Shown: positions 25,520 to 38,233, numbered from the stretch's first letter. The stretch is 64,000 nucleotides of DNA from Ginglymostoma cirratum (GCA_024137785.1 JAHRHZ010000030.1:29545382-29609381), one strand, 5' to 3'. A program made the numbers and translations. The notes: generated from the sequence alone by a model not told the origin.

Positions 25520-25725
25520 TGTGTATTAAATCGAAGATTCTGAACAGTCAAAGTTATTTGACATATCCTTCTTATTCTTTAGTTAGATTCAGGACTCATG
25601 ATTAAGCTATTACAATCCAAAAATAAAGAAAAAGGCTGTTAAGAACCGCAATTTTCCTCGATATGTGCCCATCACCAAGTATTTTCAGTTTTGAACAAAA
25701 TAAAACCGAAGCAGAGTGGCTGAGT
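25520..25725. repeat. Direct repeat, copy 1 of 2 (~205 bp; copy 2 at 26657-26859)
   Basis: Shared blocks agttatttgac, atccttctta, agttagattcaggactcat, ttaagctatta, caagtattttcagttttg, gtggctgagt. Confidence 0.9.
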
Positions 25726-25902
25726 TGTTCAATACTTTAGTAAAGTTCAAATATGCCTGAAGGATCTTAAAAGCATCTTGTAAAATAAGCTGCAAAATAA
25801 AAGTTATCAGAAATATATTTCTTCCAGAAAAGTTTAGTTTCACGACTGGCAGTACATCAGCACAAGACAAATGCGGTCCATAGCCAAACACGTTCCTGTG
25901 CA

Positions 25903-26105
25903 ATAAAAACAAATTGCTGGAAAAGCTCAGCAGGTCTGGCAGCATCTGTAGACAGAAATCAGAGTTAACGTTTCAGGTTGACACCACTTGACCCAAGAAG
26001 TTAGCTCTGATTTTTCCTCGACAGATGATGCCAGACTTGAACTTTTCCAGCAATTTCTGTTCTTGTTTTTGATTTACAGCATCTACACAGTTCTTTCGGT
26101 TTTTA
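25903..26105. mobile_element. Older palindromic Penelope-terminus-derived element
   Basis: aaattgctggaaaagctcag...atctgt...aatcagagttaac is mirrored by gttagctctgattt...acagatgatgccagac...ttttccagcaattt. Confidence 0.75.
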
Positions 26106-26283
26106 TTAAATTCACATGCAACCCATTAATTCACAAAAAGGCATCCAGATGAGCACACTGCAGTATTAGTCACAGCTTCCTGAGAAGAGTGAGAAAGCAA
26201 AACAGCAGACGTTTCAACCACTACTCATTCCTAATACATGGAGGGAAATGGAAGTTACAGATTTAAATATAAGCATGTTTTAC

Positions 26284-26366
26284 TTGTAGTAGAAGAGGTC
26301 CCAGTTTGCTTCTATTTTAATCCTTTGTCGCCTTTTTCTTAAAACAACTGGTTTTTGGTTGGCATT
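26284..26366 (-). CDS. DNAJC13: DNAJC13 exon, 83 nt, NANQKPVVLRKRRQRIKIEANWDLFYYK
   Basis: ttatag|AAT...TAC AA|gtaaaa. Confidence 0.96.
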
Positions 26367-26656
26367 CTATAAATCAAAGAAGGAAATCGGCTTTAAATCG
26401 TTGGTTAAAACAATATTGGTACATGCAAGTTTACAAGTACTCAGAGGCAGATAACAATAGAATTCAGCTCTAATTTTCCAATTTAGGTGCTTATTGCTTA
26501 TACAATTGAGGTTATATTTTGAAAGTGTTAATCATAATGCTCTTACTGAGAAACTTATCATAACCTTAAAAAACTGAAGTGAAATTCTGGATGTGGAGTC
26601 TGAAAATAAAGCCTCTAAGGATTGTTAAATAAAGGTTTTAGAATTTGCAATGTCTC

Positions 26657-26859
26657 TGTGTTAAATTGAAGACTTTGAACAATCCGAGTTATTTGACGTA
26701 TTATCCTTCTTACTCTTCAGTTAGATTCAGGACTCATTGTTAAGCTATTACCATCCAAAAGAAAGCAGCAGCTCGTGGCGAACCACAATTTTCCTCAATA
26801 CTCACCCATCAAGTATTTTCAGTTTTGTAAAAAATAAAACAGAAACAGGGTGGCTGAGT
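26657..26859. repeat. Direct repeat, copy 2 of 2
   Basis: See 25520-25725. Confidence 0.9.
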
Positions 26860-26914
26860 ATTTGGGTAATTCAGCTGATCTTAAAGATAAGATGGAATGG
26901 TAAAATATCATTTT

Positions 26915-28020
26915 GGTCTAGTTAATTTTGAGGTAACAGATGTTAAAGAAATATCTGTGGATATTATGTAGCTGGACTTCCAGAAGGCAGTCGATGAAGT
27001 TGCGCGTAAGATATTAAAGACAAAAAAGCATGCACAGAATTGCAGACATGCCTCTATAATAGGGACAGGAAACTGGCTAAGAGATAGGAGACAGTATGGA
27101 TGATGGTATTGACAAACTGGCGGTAGTTGATCAGTAGTGATGCTGGGGTCTTTGCTGGGACTTCAACTTCTCTATTTATTTTTAATTATAAGTGATAAAA
27201 GAAGAAATAGAATTATTATATCCAAGGTTGCTGACTATACGAAGAGACGTGACACAGTAAACAGTATAAGGCAATAGAACATTGACTAGGTGAAAAGACT
27301 AGGTGAAACTGTGGCAATTGAAGGTTAATGTGGGTATGTGTGAAGTCACCCCCCTCTTACTTTAACAAAACATTTTAAAAAGAAGAAGTAGTAGGAACTG
27401 TGGGAGAGCAGATAAATTCAGGGAATTCAAATACAAAAAAAAAATGCTTCGTAGGTGAAAAAAAAACTTAATGAAATTTATGCCTCTTATTCTAAGCGGT
27501 CTCAACACACAAAGGAAGTTACGTCACATCTATAGAAAGTTTGTTTAGACCTCACCCGGAGCACTACACCTTAAGGACAAGATATTAAAGTGGGGAAACA
27601 TAGATTCACCTGAATGATACCTAGGCCAGAAGAGCAAAATGAGAATGGGCTGCTTATGGTAAACCTACATTCACTTCAGTGGTTATTCTAGTATAGGAAT
27701 CCGTGGTTTTATGATGAAGGTAGTTGATAGCTTGTCTCCATCTGTTCTATTTCCTCAGGTAGGTTAAGTCCGGAAAAGGGGTTATAACCCCTTAAATTAC
27801 ACTAGGCCATTTAGTAATTCTACAGGAGCATTTCTTCACTTGAAGCGTAGTGAAATCTAAAACTCCTTCCTCCAAAATGTCGTTGAGACTATGTCAGAAA
27901 ACTTTAAAGCAGGAATTGGAATTGTTCAGTAATGCGTATTTAGAAAATCAAAGCAGTAAGTGGAGTTAAGATTCAGATTAACCATAATTTGATTGAATAG
28001 GTCAAGCAAGTCAAAAGATC
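26915..28020 (+). mobile_element. Old, highly degenerate CR1 LINE (RT to 3' end)
   Basis: gtggatattatgtagctggacttccagaaggca (VDI.Y.LDFQKA), tccaaggttgctgactatac, tggcaattgaaggttaatgtgggtatgtgtgaagtc. Confidence 0.65.
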
Positions 28021-29770
28021 TGATAGATTGGTCTGCATGCCAAGACATTAAAGGAATCTAAGGAATTAGATAATGAAAAACAGAAAGGTTAAAAGTTCAA
28101 AAGAACGAAGACCCTAACTATGTCAATTCAACATGCTTATTTATTCAAGCTTCAGATACAACCACAGTTCAATTTTCTTTTTGGAGAAGAAGCAAACACT
28201 AGGAACTTGATATTAAGGTTATTTTAGAGCTTAAAGTGTTCTTCGCCTTATACTGTCAGATCAAGGCTGCTTGACAAATGCCTACAAGTAATTGAGGTAG
28301 GGTTTCCACCATTATTCTGGGTTATTTGGTACCAAAGGATCAAAATCAATGTAATTCACGCAACTGATCTGTGAAACTTTTAACCAATTACATTTAGTGC
28401 AACACAGATTTCTGCCAGTTTAGAAAAGTCAGTCCTGTCTACTGAAAACTACTAGAATGATTTATTCACCACTAGCAGATTACACTATATGCACTCATTT
28501 TCAGACAAATTAGGTGGCTATAAATTTAGATTTTCTTTGGATACAGTGTACAATTTAATAGCTTTAGAATGCAATGTTTAAATATTACTAAAAACTGATC
28601 ATTATAGTCCAAAACATCTGGTCAACATTTGTGCATTTTGTGAAGTTAACTTCCATCCGTTTAAAATCAGGTTACTCAAGTACTAATGACTGATTAAAAA
28701 TGCCTTACATTGTGAAAATTCATCTTCAGCTGTAGTAAATCCAATTGCACCAAGTTATCACACAAATATTTCAAGCAATGCTTTTAAAAAATGAAAGGGG
28801 AACAAAACACTAAATTATTGCAATTGCCCACTAGATTAGCAAGTGTGCTGAAAGCAGAAATTATTTATTTATATTATGCATTTAAATCAGCACACTATTC
28901 CATATTATAGCATAAGACAAAGACAAATCAGATCCCAACAAATGAGATGCTGAATGCAACTGCTATACCAGGTACTGAAAATGCAGAATTGATGTAGCAC
29001 TGAAGCGTGATAAGATGAATTTCATAATGCAGAGGCAAAGGTGCTCAAGTGCTGCGCTATTACTGATAGAGCTGAATGGACAATGTGTCACCATCAACCA
29101 GGTGTCAAACATTGACATGGATGAAGACATTGACCCACAGACTGAAGAGGCAGGGTCGCATTTGACCATGCAGCCACATATAAATTAGGTATAAATAAAA
29201 TAGTTCAAATGCAGTTAATATGACATCAGCTTAGTCACATCCTCTTTAAACTCCTTATAACAGATGTAACTATTGCCAATTGGAGCTTCTATTGGTCCTG
29301 AGCATAGCCCTTTTCTCAGAGCAGGGGGGTCCACCAAACAGACTCAGAACACATGCCCAGAATCTTTCCAGTGTCAGGATACAAAGGTATCTAATCCATA
29401 ATGCTCACTGGAATTTGTTTTTTTGTTAAGTTGTTGGTCTTGCTAGCCTGTCCTGAGTGAGGGCAACATATTTCTTAATGAAAGGATCCAATTTAGGAGA
29501 GGAAGCAAAGTCAGCATTTTCAGTATCAGATCCTCATCTACTCTCCAGCAGCAGTTTCCTACACTGCATGTTTCACAAAATAAAACAATTGCTATGACAG
29601 GGACAGCTCCTTTACAAAATCATTACCAATGTAGGTAAAAAAAGTGCATTGGATCATCCAGCTTAACCTTTAGCAAAACCTAGGTCAATGCACAGAAAAG
29701 CAACTACACCAAGTACAGGCGCATTAAGTCAACATGCGTAACTATACACCAAAAAGCAACCCTTACTTAC

Positions 29771-29785
29771 CAGATTATTCCTGTC
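29771..29785 (-). CDS. DNAJC13: DNAJC13 15-nt microexon (DRNNL; 18 nt QDRNNL via NAGNAG)
   Basis: aaaagcag|GAC AGG AAT AAT CTG|gtaagtaag; phase 0-0 between the AQKE and NANQ exons; strong donor and upstream pyrimidine tract. Confidence 0.85.
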
Positions 29786-31149
29786 CTGCTTTTGAATCAA
29801 TAGCAACAATGGCGTGAGGAAAAATAAAAAGGTAAAATTTAGAGCAAAGTGAAACTAAATTTTCTAGAAAGCAATGGTCAGCACTTTATTAATACAAATT
29901 GAGAAAAAAGAACACTGACTACACAAACAATTTAATAGCTTATAATAACCGATCATTCTCTGGGGAGAAGAAATGCATTCCCCCTCCAATCTTTATATGG
30001 CAGTTTTATACAGTTAAAAATTTACATAAAACCATCAAACTTCAATCCTGAAATATACTTGTTATAATATAGCTTTCAAAAGATTACATCATTCTTTTAC
30101 ATTACTAAAGACAACATCTGTTTAAATTGTGCCATTTTTCATCTCGTAATCTGTTCATATGATGTCCCTGTCGCAATGATATTTGAACTGAAATGGTAAC
30201 TTGAATCTTACCATACAAAAGGAGGCCATATAACCTTTGTTAGTACCAGTTCTTTGAAACAGCAATCCAAATAGTACCCTGTGCCCTGCACTTCCCCGAT
30301 TGACGGTCTTCCCTTTTCAAACATATATACCCAACTCCCTATAGAAAAGGGGCAATTGAATCTGCATCCCGTGTATTTCAATTCCACATTCCCACCTACT
30401 CAATAGCCTATGATTCCCTTACCTAAGAATCTACCTTCACATTGAATATATTCAATGACCCCATCTTCACAGCCTTCTGAGGCAGGAAGTTTGCACAACA
30501 CAATACAATTCTAATCTGTGCTAAAAGGCAACACTTAATCTTTCCAAGTGAGCCTTAGTTCTGGACTTAGCCCAGGAGAAACCATTCTTTCTGTGCCTCG
30601 AGTAGTGATATATTTACAAGCTCTGACACATTAGCATTACACATCAGATCAGTAGGAAAAGCTGAGATCAGAGGTTACAAAATGGGGCTGGGATGAAAGA
30701 GCAAATTAGATACTTAGGGGTTGTTGAAGCTGGATAGTGCATGCAATACCAAACGGAATAGAAGGGAGGGAGGGAGAGGAGTGGTGGTAGGGAAAACAGG
30801 AAGCAGGAAAAGAAAGAGCAAGGTGTTGGCAAATAGGGTACACACAGACTTGACAAAATCTCAACAATAAGTGCTATTAAAAGGAGCCATGTGCAGCACT
30901 AACAGATTCTGAGAATCTGACTCTTCTATTCTATGTCATTTCTTCTCCCAAGTATTTAATGGCAGATGGCAATTACATGAACAAGTTTTTTTTTGAAAGT
31001 TAAAGTTAAAGAATGCAATATAGCATTTTGGAACATTACTAAATAGCAAATAGCTGTATTCTGCCATAGCCTCTCAGGCATTAATAAATGAATTGATTGA
31101 GTGCATTTAGCTCATTTTCTTTTCATGGAAAAGCATATCAAAAATTTAC

Positions 31150-31293
31150 CTCCTTTTGAGCAATGCCCATTCTGTCTCTCCAGTGTAACAAAAGCAAATC
31201 AACCTTTTCTTTGGCAAATTTCTCTACCTCTTTAGCAGCTCGTCCAGCCCTTCGTTGCCACTCTGGGACTTTACCAAATTTACCATATTGATC
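31150..31293 (-). CDS. DNAJC13: DNAJC13 exon, 144 nt, [17 protein letters not shown]...DRMGIAQKE
   Basis: cgacag|GAT...GAG|gtaaat; ORF 31138..31359. Confidence 0.97.
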
Positions 31294-32215
31294 CTGTCGA
31301 AATTCAAGTACACAACTGAGAAATGCACACCACGTACATGAAACAGAAAATATTTGCAAGAAACTGTTAGAAGTCTGCGTTTTTCAACAATTTACGTACA
31401 AGCAGATAAAGAGACACAACAGATAACAGGGATAAGGCCACAGGAGCAAAGGATACAATTCTTATATAGGGTTAAAAAACAGTAAGTGTGCCTCAAGAAA
31501 TAAAGATCTTGAATGGCGTAGCAGGACAGCTATCAAGACTACATTCAGTTTCCGATTTGGCCCTTAAACCAACTGCGCAGAGAGAGGGGGAAATAACCTG
31601 GCAGATGACTCCTGCTGGCCAGCTACAGGCAATCTGGAAGTTGGTCACTTGCCTCCTTATTGGGAGTAGTCAAGGCAAATACAAAAAAAAAAAATTAACA
31701 TTTGTTGTAAGTTTCCCTAGTGTAATTTTGAATCCAATTGTGGGATGATGGTCGGCATTTCTGGGGAGGGCTGGGATGACAGCTAACAACTGTTACTACA
31801 ATACAATTAAGTGGCTTACTAGGTCACTTTAGCAAGGAGTGAACAAAGTGTCAGTTAACGTTCCTGTTGGGCTGGATTAACAAGGATAACAGATTGCCTT
31901 CCTTAAAAAGGACATTAGTAAACCATTTGTGTTTAAATCATGATACAACAAATTCTGCTCACCTTTTTCAATGACAACTGGATTTTTTTAAAATCTAAAA
32001 TTAACATGTCTGATTTAAATTCATGTTCTCTCCATTGTTGGTGCAGGTGTCTGAATTACCAGTCCTGGAACAATCACACTGCTATTTTCTGGTCGAATAA
32101 GATAATTCGGTTCCCTTCTCATCTCCCCTCTCCGTTCCAATGAGTAATTTTCTCCAGAAGAATAAAGTTTATTCTAGCGTCATGTTGAAAAAAAGCATCT
32201 ATTTTCTATACTTAC

Positions 32216-32311
32216 TGTTGCAATTTTTACATTATCCCTGATATGCATCCTGTCAATTTCTTTTTCTGGTACTTGCTCTGTGCTGTCAAGGTATGCTAGT
32301 AAGCCTGTTGG
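32216..32311 (-). CDS. DNAJC13: DNAJC13 exon, 96 nt, [32 protein letters not shown]
   Basis: tttcag|CCA...ACA|gtaagt. Confidence 0.97.
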
Positions 32312-32499
32312 CTGAAAACAAGGCAAAATTCTCAGTGCAAACCATCAAATGTTTCTCAGTTATTAAAAATGCAATCATTGTTGAAAAATGAGGCATACTA
32401 TGAAACTTTTAGACTTGCACTCACTAGAACTGAATTACAAGAATGCCAAAAGATATTTTGTACATGATAAATTCTTAACCAGCTGATCAGCATTGGAGC

Positions 32500-32523
32500 G
32501 ATGCTGACCAGCTGGTCAGCATC
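32500..32523. repeat. Perfect 24-bp palindrome GATGCTGACCAGCTGGTCAGCATC
   Basis: Self reverse-complementary; a near-copy of part of it lies at 32478-32493. Confidence 0.9.
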
Positions 32524-33592
32524 TCTTTTTACAGCAACACAAATTCTTTGCAAACAAGCAACTTTGTTAAAATCCTCAACATTAATTGTTTACAATTGGA
32601 AATATGAAACACGCATGATTAGGATAAAAATCTGCATTCTTTTCTGAAAGGTTGAAACATCAAAACATGAAATCCCAGTCACCTAATTCTGTTCAAAAAG
32701 CCAGAAAATCCTAACAGTGCAAAATTCAATTTTAAAAAAAAACTTCCTTTCCTTTGGGAAAAGTTCAAAATATCGAGAAGCACTTTAACCTTCGATTCCC
32801 GACCTGATCGAGGGTATAATATTTTAGATCAGGTGCAGACATAAATTAGTTGTTTGAGATTCAAGTCAATATTTCCAATTAATTTCCAGAACAAAGAACA
32901 CTGGCTCAGTAAGATGGCCAAATGAGGAGTTTAGCCATACACAGCATGCAAGACACGGAATTGGTTGGCAGTGTTGGAGTTAACCAAGTTCAATCAGAAC
33001 AATCATCGGAATGCTCCAGTGGAAGTCAGCAATCCCATATTGGGGGAGGGGTAATGGGAATGATTCCTTCTCCTGATCACCACCCAGCAACTGAATGTCC
33101 AGGACAAGATCCTGTTTAACAATGATACATTTGAAAATACTGAGATAAAATATCCCTTCAAGTGCCACATGAATTATGAACAAGGGTAGTAGTACAGAGG
33201 GTAACTACACAAAAACAAAACAAAAAAAAAAGGTACCATAAGCAAGGAATCATGTCCTTCAGGTGATGACAGAACTAGAGAATTTAATCCTAACTGAAAC
33301 CTTCAAGCTGCAAAGGATCACACATGTACTGACCTTCCAGCAAAACTGGAACAGCAAAATTTGAACCAGTACGTTTGTGTGATCCTTGGTAAGCAGGTTC
33401 AAAACAGGTTAAGGTATAACTACGCAACTGCTGGTCCATAGTACAAACCCATTCTGCATTAATGGAGAGATACAATGTTGTTCATTACCATGGAGCACCT
33501 GCTCAGGAGACGAAGTAGGGTAGTAAGCACCTTAAAAATCGGCAAGTGAGGCAGTTACTGCTTAGCTTCTGAAGTTTACGAGCAAAAATCAA

Positions 33593-34130
33593 TAGAAACA
33601 GAGAACAGGAGCAGTAGGCCATTCAGCCCTTCAAGCATTCAACATGGCCATATCCTGTTCCTGCTTTTGCCCCAAATCCTTTGATTTCTTACGCCACACG
33701 TGCGCACAAATTCTTTGGGTGAAGAACATTTTTCTTACATTTACCCTGTCTAACCCTGTTAGAATTTTATAGGTTTCTAGGAGATGCCCCCTTCATTCTT
33801 CTGCACTCCAGTAAAAGCAATCCTAACCGATCCAGTTTACTTTCACACGTCAGACCTGCCATCCTAGGAATCAATTAAATCTGGTAAACCTTCATTGCAC
33901 TTGTTCCATAACCAGAACCTACCTCAGATAAAGAGGGGCCAAAACGGCACACAATATTCCAGGTGAGGTCTCACCAAGGCTCCTGCTCGAGTACTTGAAT
34001 CCTCTTGCTACAAAGGCCAACATACCATTTGCCTTCTTCACCGCCTGCTGTACTTGCATGCTTACTGTTTGTGGCTGGTGTGCAAGAATACCCAGGTCTC
34101 ACTGCACCTCCACCTTTCCCAAACTAGTTC
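33593..34130 (-). mobile_element. CR1 LINE 3' fragment
   Basis: tagaaacagagaacaggagcagtaggccattcagccc tail; aaggccaacataccatttgccttc ORF2 motif. Confidence 0.8.
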
Positions 34131-34810
34131 CTCAACTCCCTCTTTCTGATTACAACCCTCCATATAGCTCTTACAGTGAGATATTTCAATATTTGGCCAT
34201 TATTCGTCCAGCCAAAGCTTGACAAGTTATTGATGGAGTACACTACCACAGGGAAAATTCCTCAGATTTTCCATTAAAGTGGGTAAAAGGTAAGAAAGAC
34301 AAATGTAGAAAATTCTCTGCTATCCTTAATAGCACAAGTGTTCTTCAATTCAGGAAAGTCTCAATTAATCTTCAGTTTTCATTACCGTATGGAGGGCCAT
34401 GGATCCTAAATCATTATGGGAGGTAATGAACAGCCCAGCATGTGGCGATACTCTTTGCACCTAACTGCATTATCAAGGATCTACCGGTGTCGAGCTCAAC
34501 AGAACACCTCAAAACTGCTGCTGCAGACTGATCTTAAACGAATTACAAAAAGATTTTAAAATACAGCTGTAGGGCTCTGCTGCATTGATCAAGCTTCATA
34601 AATAGAGCTCCAAATATGGCTCAAAACAACTAAAGCATCCAACGCTGGACACCAAAGCAAATTCATCAAATCAGAATTATGGACAATATTATTCTGAAAG
34701 ACACAGTTATTTGTGAACTCATTTGTTCTTCGTTCAGCTCACTAAAAGATATATTGAATGTTTAGTACAAATTTAGAAGTTTAGAAAGCATAGATCACAA
34801 AATTACTTAC

Positions 34811-34886
34811 CAAAATGCGTTTCAGTAAATTCAATGCTGTTGGATTTTCTGCTGTCCAAAGACCCACCAAATGTCTACTTAACTGC
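34811..34886 (-). CDS. DNAJC13: DNAJC13 exon, 76 nt, [25 protein letters not shown]
   Basis: tttcag|G CAG...TTG|gtaagt. Confidence 0.97.
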
Positions 34887-34967
34887 CTGAAACAGCATAG
34901 TTAATTTTTCATTTTTTTGTAATGAACAAACAGAGCTTAGCAAATGCTGGTAAAATATTATACATAC

Positions 34968-35089
34968 CTATTAGTTAGCATCCGCTGATCTGTACTAACT
35001 GTAAACATTGATGTATGCAAGTGGCTGGGTAGGGCACCCTCACTTAAGGCAAGCTCCTGCATCTTTGTAGCAATTTCTTTGTCACCTTC
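34968..35089 (-). CDS. DNAJC13: DNAJC13 exon, 122 nt, [41 protein letters not shown]
   Basis: aacaag|GAA...AAT AG|gtatgt. Confidence 0.96.
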
Positions 35090-35540
35090 CTTGTTGGGAA
35101 GAAAATACATTTACAAACAGATCAAACTTATGTTCATTAAAGTGAGATTCAACCACTAAGAAACAGTAAACTTCCCTATCCCCTATCGTGTCCTGCTTCT
35201 TCAATATCACTGAACAAAAGGAAATATTTTGTGAACCATACTGCCGCAATCACTATATACCACACCGAACATTATACCTTCCTGCACAAAGCTAATTTGA
35301 CTAGAGAAGAATTCACTAGAGCTGGTCTGAATTTTCAGCTAACACACGGATAGCTCAATTAACTTACCCATATCTTAAAACTGATATTACATCAGCATCG
35401 TTTAAAAAAATTTAACATTCAACTGTTCATAAAGGAACAGCTGTCAGACTTTTCCCACTCGTTATTAATGGTTTTAAACATACTTTACAAGACAGACAGC
35501 GTAGGACATGAAGCACCATAATTACTATTCTTGAACAAAA

Positions 35541-36054
35541 CAGTGTATAGACATGAATAAAAGTTGATCTTGCGTAAAAGTAGACCACCTATTTTTGGCC
35601 AAAAAGTCTTGAATTTTCTATATCAGGTGTAAAAGTCGACCCTAGTTCTTCACAGATAACAGATCAACATTTGTAAGTCAAAAGGTAATGTCCTGTACAT
35701 AAATGTTACGATGAGGAAGTGATCAGCGAGACTGTTGAGTCAAAGGTCTGATTTTTTTGTAAGATACTCAGAAATAAAAGCTTAAAATCTTAATGTGAAA
35801 AACAAAAACAACAGTAGTGGAGAGAAAATGGAGGGAAATGGAGGGAAATGGAAGAATTTGGCAGGAAAGTTTAAGACGTTACTGTAAGTTGTTGTTCTCT
35901 TTTCATTTGTTCAGAGAAAAACTGGGCTTCTGTTAATAATACAGTACGGTGGACTGCAACATGAATTCCAGTCCCTCAAAGTTAGTATCCATGTAATAAA
36001 TCAATCCCATAAACTTAACCTAAAAAAATTCAATTTTTACATGAGTATATATGG
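35541..36054. mobile_element. Candidate Tc2/Kanga-like non-autonomous DNA transposon
   Basis: Imperfect TIRs cagtgtatagacatgaataaaagttga / tcaatttttacatgagtatatatgg; subterminal gtaaaagt(a/c)gacc repeats. Confidence 0.45.
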
Positions 36055-36234
36055 CACAGCAACTGGGATTTTCAGGGAAAGCCATCCAAGTATTGGTGAA
36101 TTGTTGATACCAGGTTTTGGGACAACCTGGTCCAATCTCAAGTGACAATACATAGCTATGAAGAAAACAATTTACTTTCTTCTTTGAAGACTAATAAAAT
36201 AAATTAGAATTTTTGTTGATAGTAGGCACTGATT

Positions 36235-36480
36235 ATGGCCATAAGACATAGGAACAGAATTAAGCCATTCAAGCCCAGGGCTACTCCGCCATTCAACGAG
36301 ATCACGGTTGATCTGATAATCCTCAACTCCACTTTCCTGCCTAATTCCTTAATTAAGGATAGGACTCTCAGCCTTGAACACACAATGACCCAGCCTCAAC
36401 AGTCCTCTGCAGTCAAGAATTCCACAGATTCACCCTCAGAGAAAGAATTCCTCCTTGTGTGTTTTAATAGATAACCCCTT
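36235..36480 (-). mobile_element. CR1 LINE 3' end
   Basis: cataagacataggaacagaattaagccattcaagccc tail, then aagaattccacagattcacc. Confidence 0.75.
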
Positions 36481-37069
36481 ACTGAAATAGGTGTACGTTA
36501 GGTTTAAGAATTTTTCCCATATTGAACAAAGTAATCCAATCATTTCACACTGGAATTTGAGAACCCGAACAAATTGAAAATTAACAGCTATACTGCACGT
36601 TTAGATTGAATGCAAAATTTAACTTGTATACACAAATCTTTAACGGAGTAATACAGCCCGAGGTGCTTCACAGTAGCCACAGACAATATTTACATGAGTC
36701 ACTTAGAAATATTACAGTAGCTAACTATAATCTTCAGATTGCATCTCCAGTAATCTTCAGAAAACATCTCAAAAAGTGTGAAGATGAAATGTATGGGTTT
36801 TGAGGGTGGTGGTGGGGCTAGACATCTGAAAATATAACTTTCGAAAAGGTGTTGAAAACTGAACAAGTGCAATAACCTGGAGGAGACTGTCAGGTAAAAA
36901 GAGTAAAACTGTTCAGGAGGCTATAGTGCAATTTAAGCAGAATTATTAGAATTTTAAAGGAGACCTTTCCAAACCAGATAGGTATTTCCCACCTGATATC
37001 AAGACAAGTAGAATGGCAGAGCTTTTAATCATTTCCCAATCTATCAATCATGTAAAATAGGAACCTGGA

Positions 37070-37795
37070 GTATCTTTGTGTATCAGTCACTGAAAGCAAA
37101 ACAGCAAAAAGTGCCGCAAGCAGACATGAAGGCAAATTGTATATTGGCCTTCACTAAAACAGGGTTTGAATACAGGAATAAGGAAATCTTAATGCAGCTC
37201 TGTTGGGCCTTGGGGAGACCACATCTGAAGCATTTTGTGCATTTTTGATTGTGTTGCCATAGAGCAAATGCAGCAAAAAAAAAAAAAAAAAAAACAAACC
37301 AAGCTCTCATTGTCCCACCTCTGCCTTGCGCAACATGGCTCACATTCTCTCCTCATTCTGATAATTTCATATGGGTTCAACATACTGGTTCCTGGGATGG
37401 CAGCTTGGTCATACAAGGAGAGACTGGGTCAAATAGACTTGCATTCACTGGAGCTCACAAGAGAAAAATAGATCTCATTGGAATAGGTAAAATTCTGACT
37501 GGCATGTACGGTATTTTCATTGGCCAAGGGTGCAAAATAAGGGGTCATAGTCTCAGGATAAAGGGTATGCCATTTCAGACTGAGATGTGGAGCAATTTCT
37601 TCATTCAGAGGGTAATGAACCTGTTATCTACCACAGAAAGCTGTGGAGACCAAGTCACTGAATAGGTATTAAAAAGAAATACATAGCTTTCTCGAGGCTA
37701 AAAGGGGTGTGGGGAGAGAAAGTAGGAGTATGACACTGAGATAAGAATCAGCTACAATCTGTTTGAATGGCAGAGTGGGCTTAGTGGGCCTAAGT
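37070..37795 (+). mobile_element. CR1 LINE 3' part nested in an older L2 fragment
   Basis: KIRGHSLRIKGMPFQTEMWSNFFIQRVMNL (ORF 37249..37665) is the CR1 ORF2 C-terminus; L2-like sequence on both sides (36620-37070, 37800-38130). Confidence 0.8.
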
Positions 37796-38233
37796 CAGCA
37801 GAGACAGTGTTAATGGAGAGATAGGACTCAGGTGAGGATGAGTGACAGAACTTTGGACAAGCTCAAATTTACAAAGGGTAGAAGACTAGACAGAAGGCCA
37901 CTGGAATAGACAGTCTAGAGTCAACAAGAGCAAAATGAGGATTTCACCAGCTGGTGGGTCAAGAGCAGAGTAAGGCAATATTACAAACAATGGAAATAGG
38001 CAGGCAAGGCCGGCAACAAAGGAGATGGGGTTACAGACTCCAGTAGGGCAGAGATTGCAAACATTCACGTTCATACTGAGACGGTGTCCAGAAAGTCAGC
38101 AGCTGTACTCTTAATCGTTGGAACTTTCTGCTCATTTAATGATCTGACAAGTCGTGAGCTAAATCAGAGGTACTAGCTAAGAAAAGTAGAGGTGTTAAGG
38201 TATAGCTTAATAAGTTGTTATTGTAATACTCAC

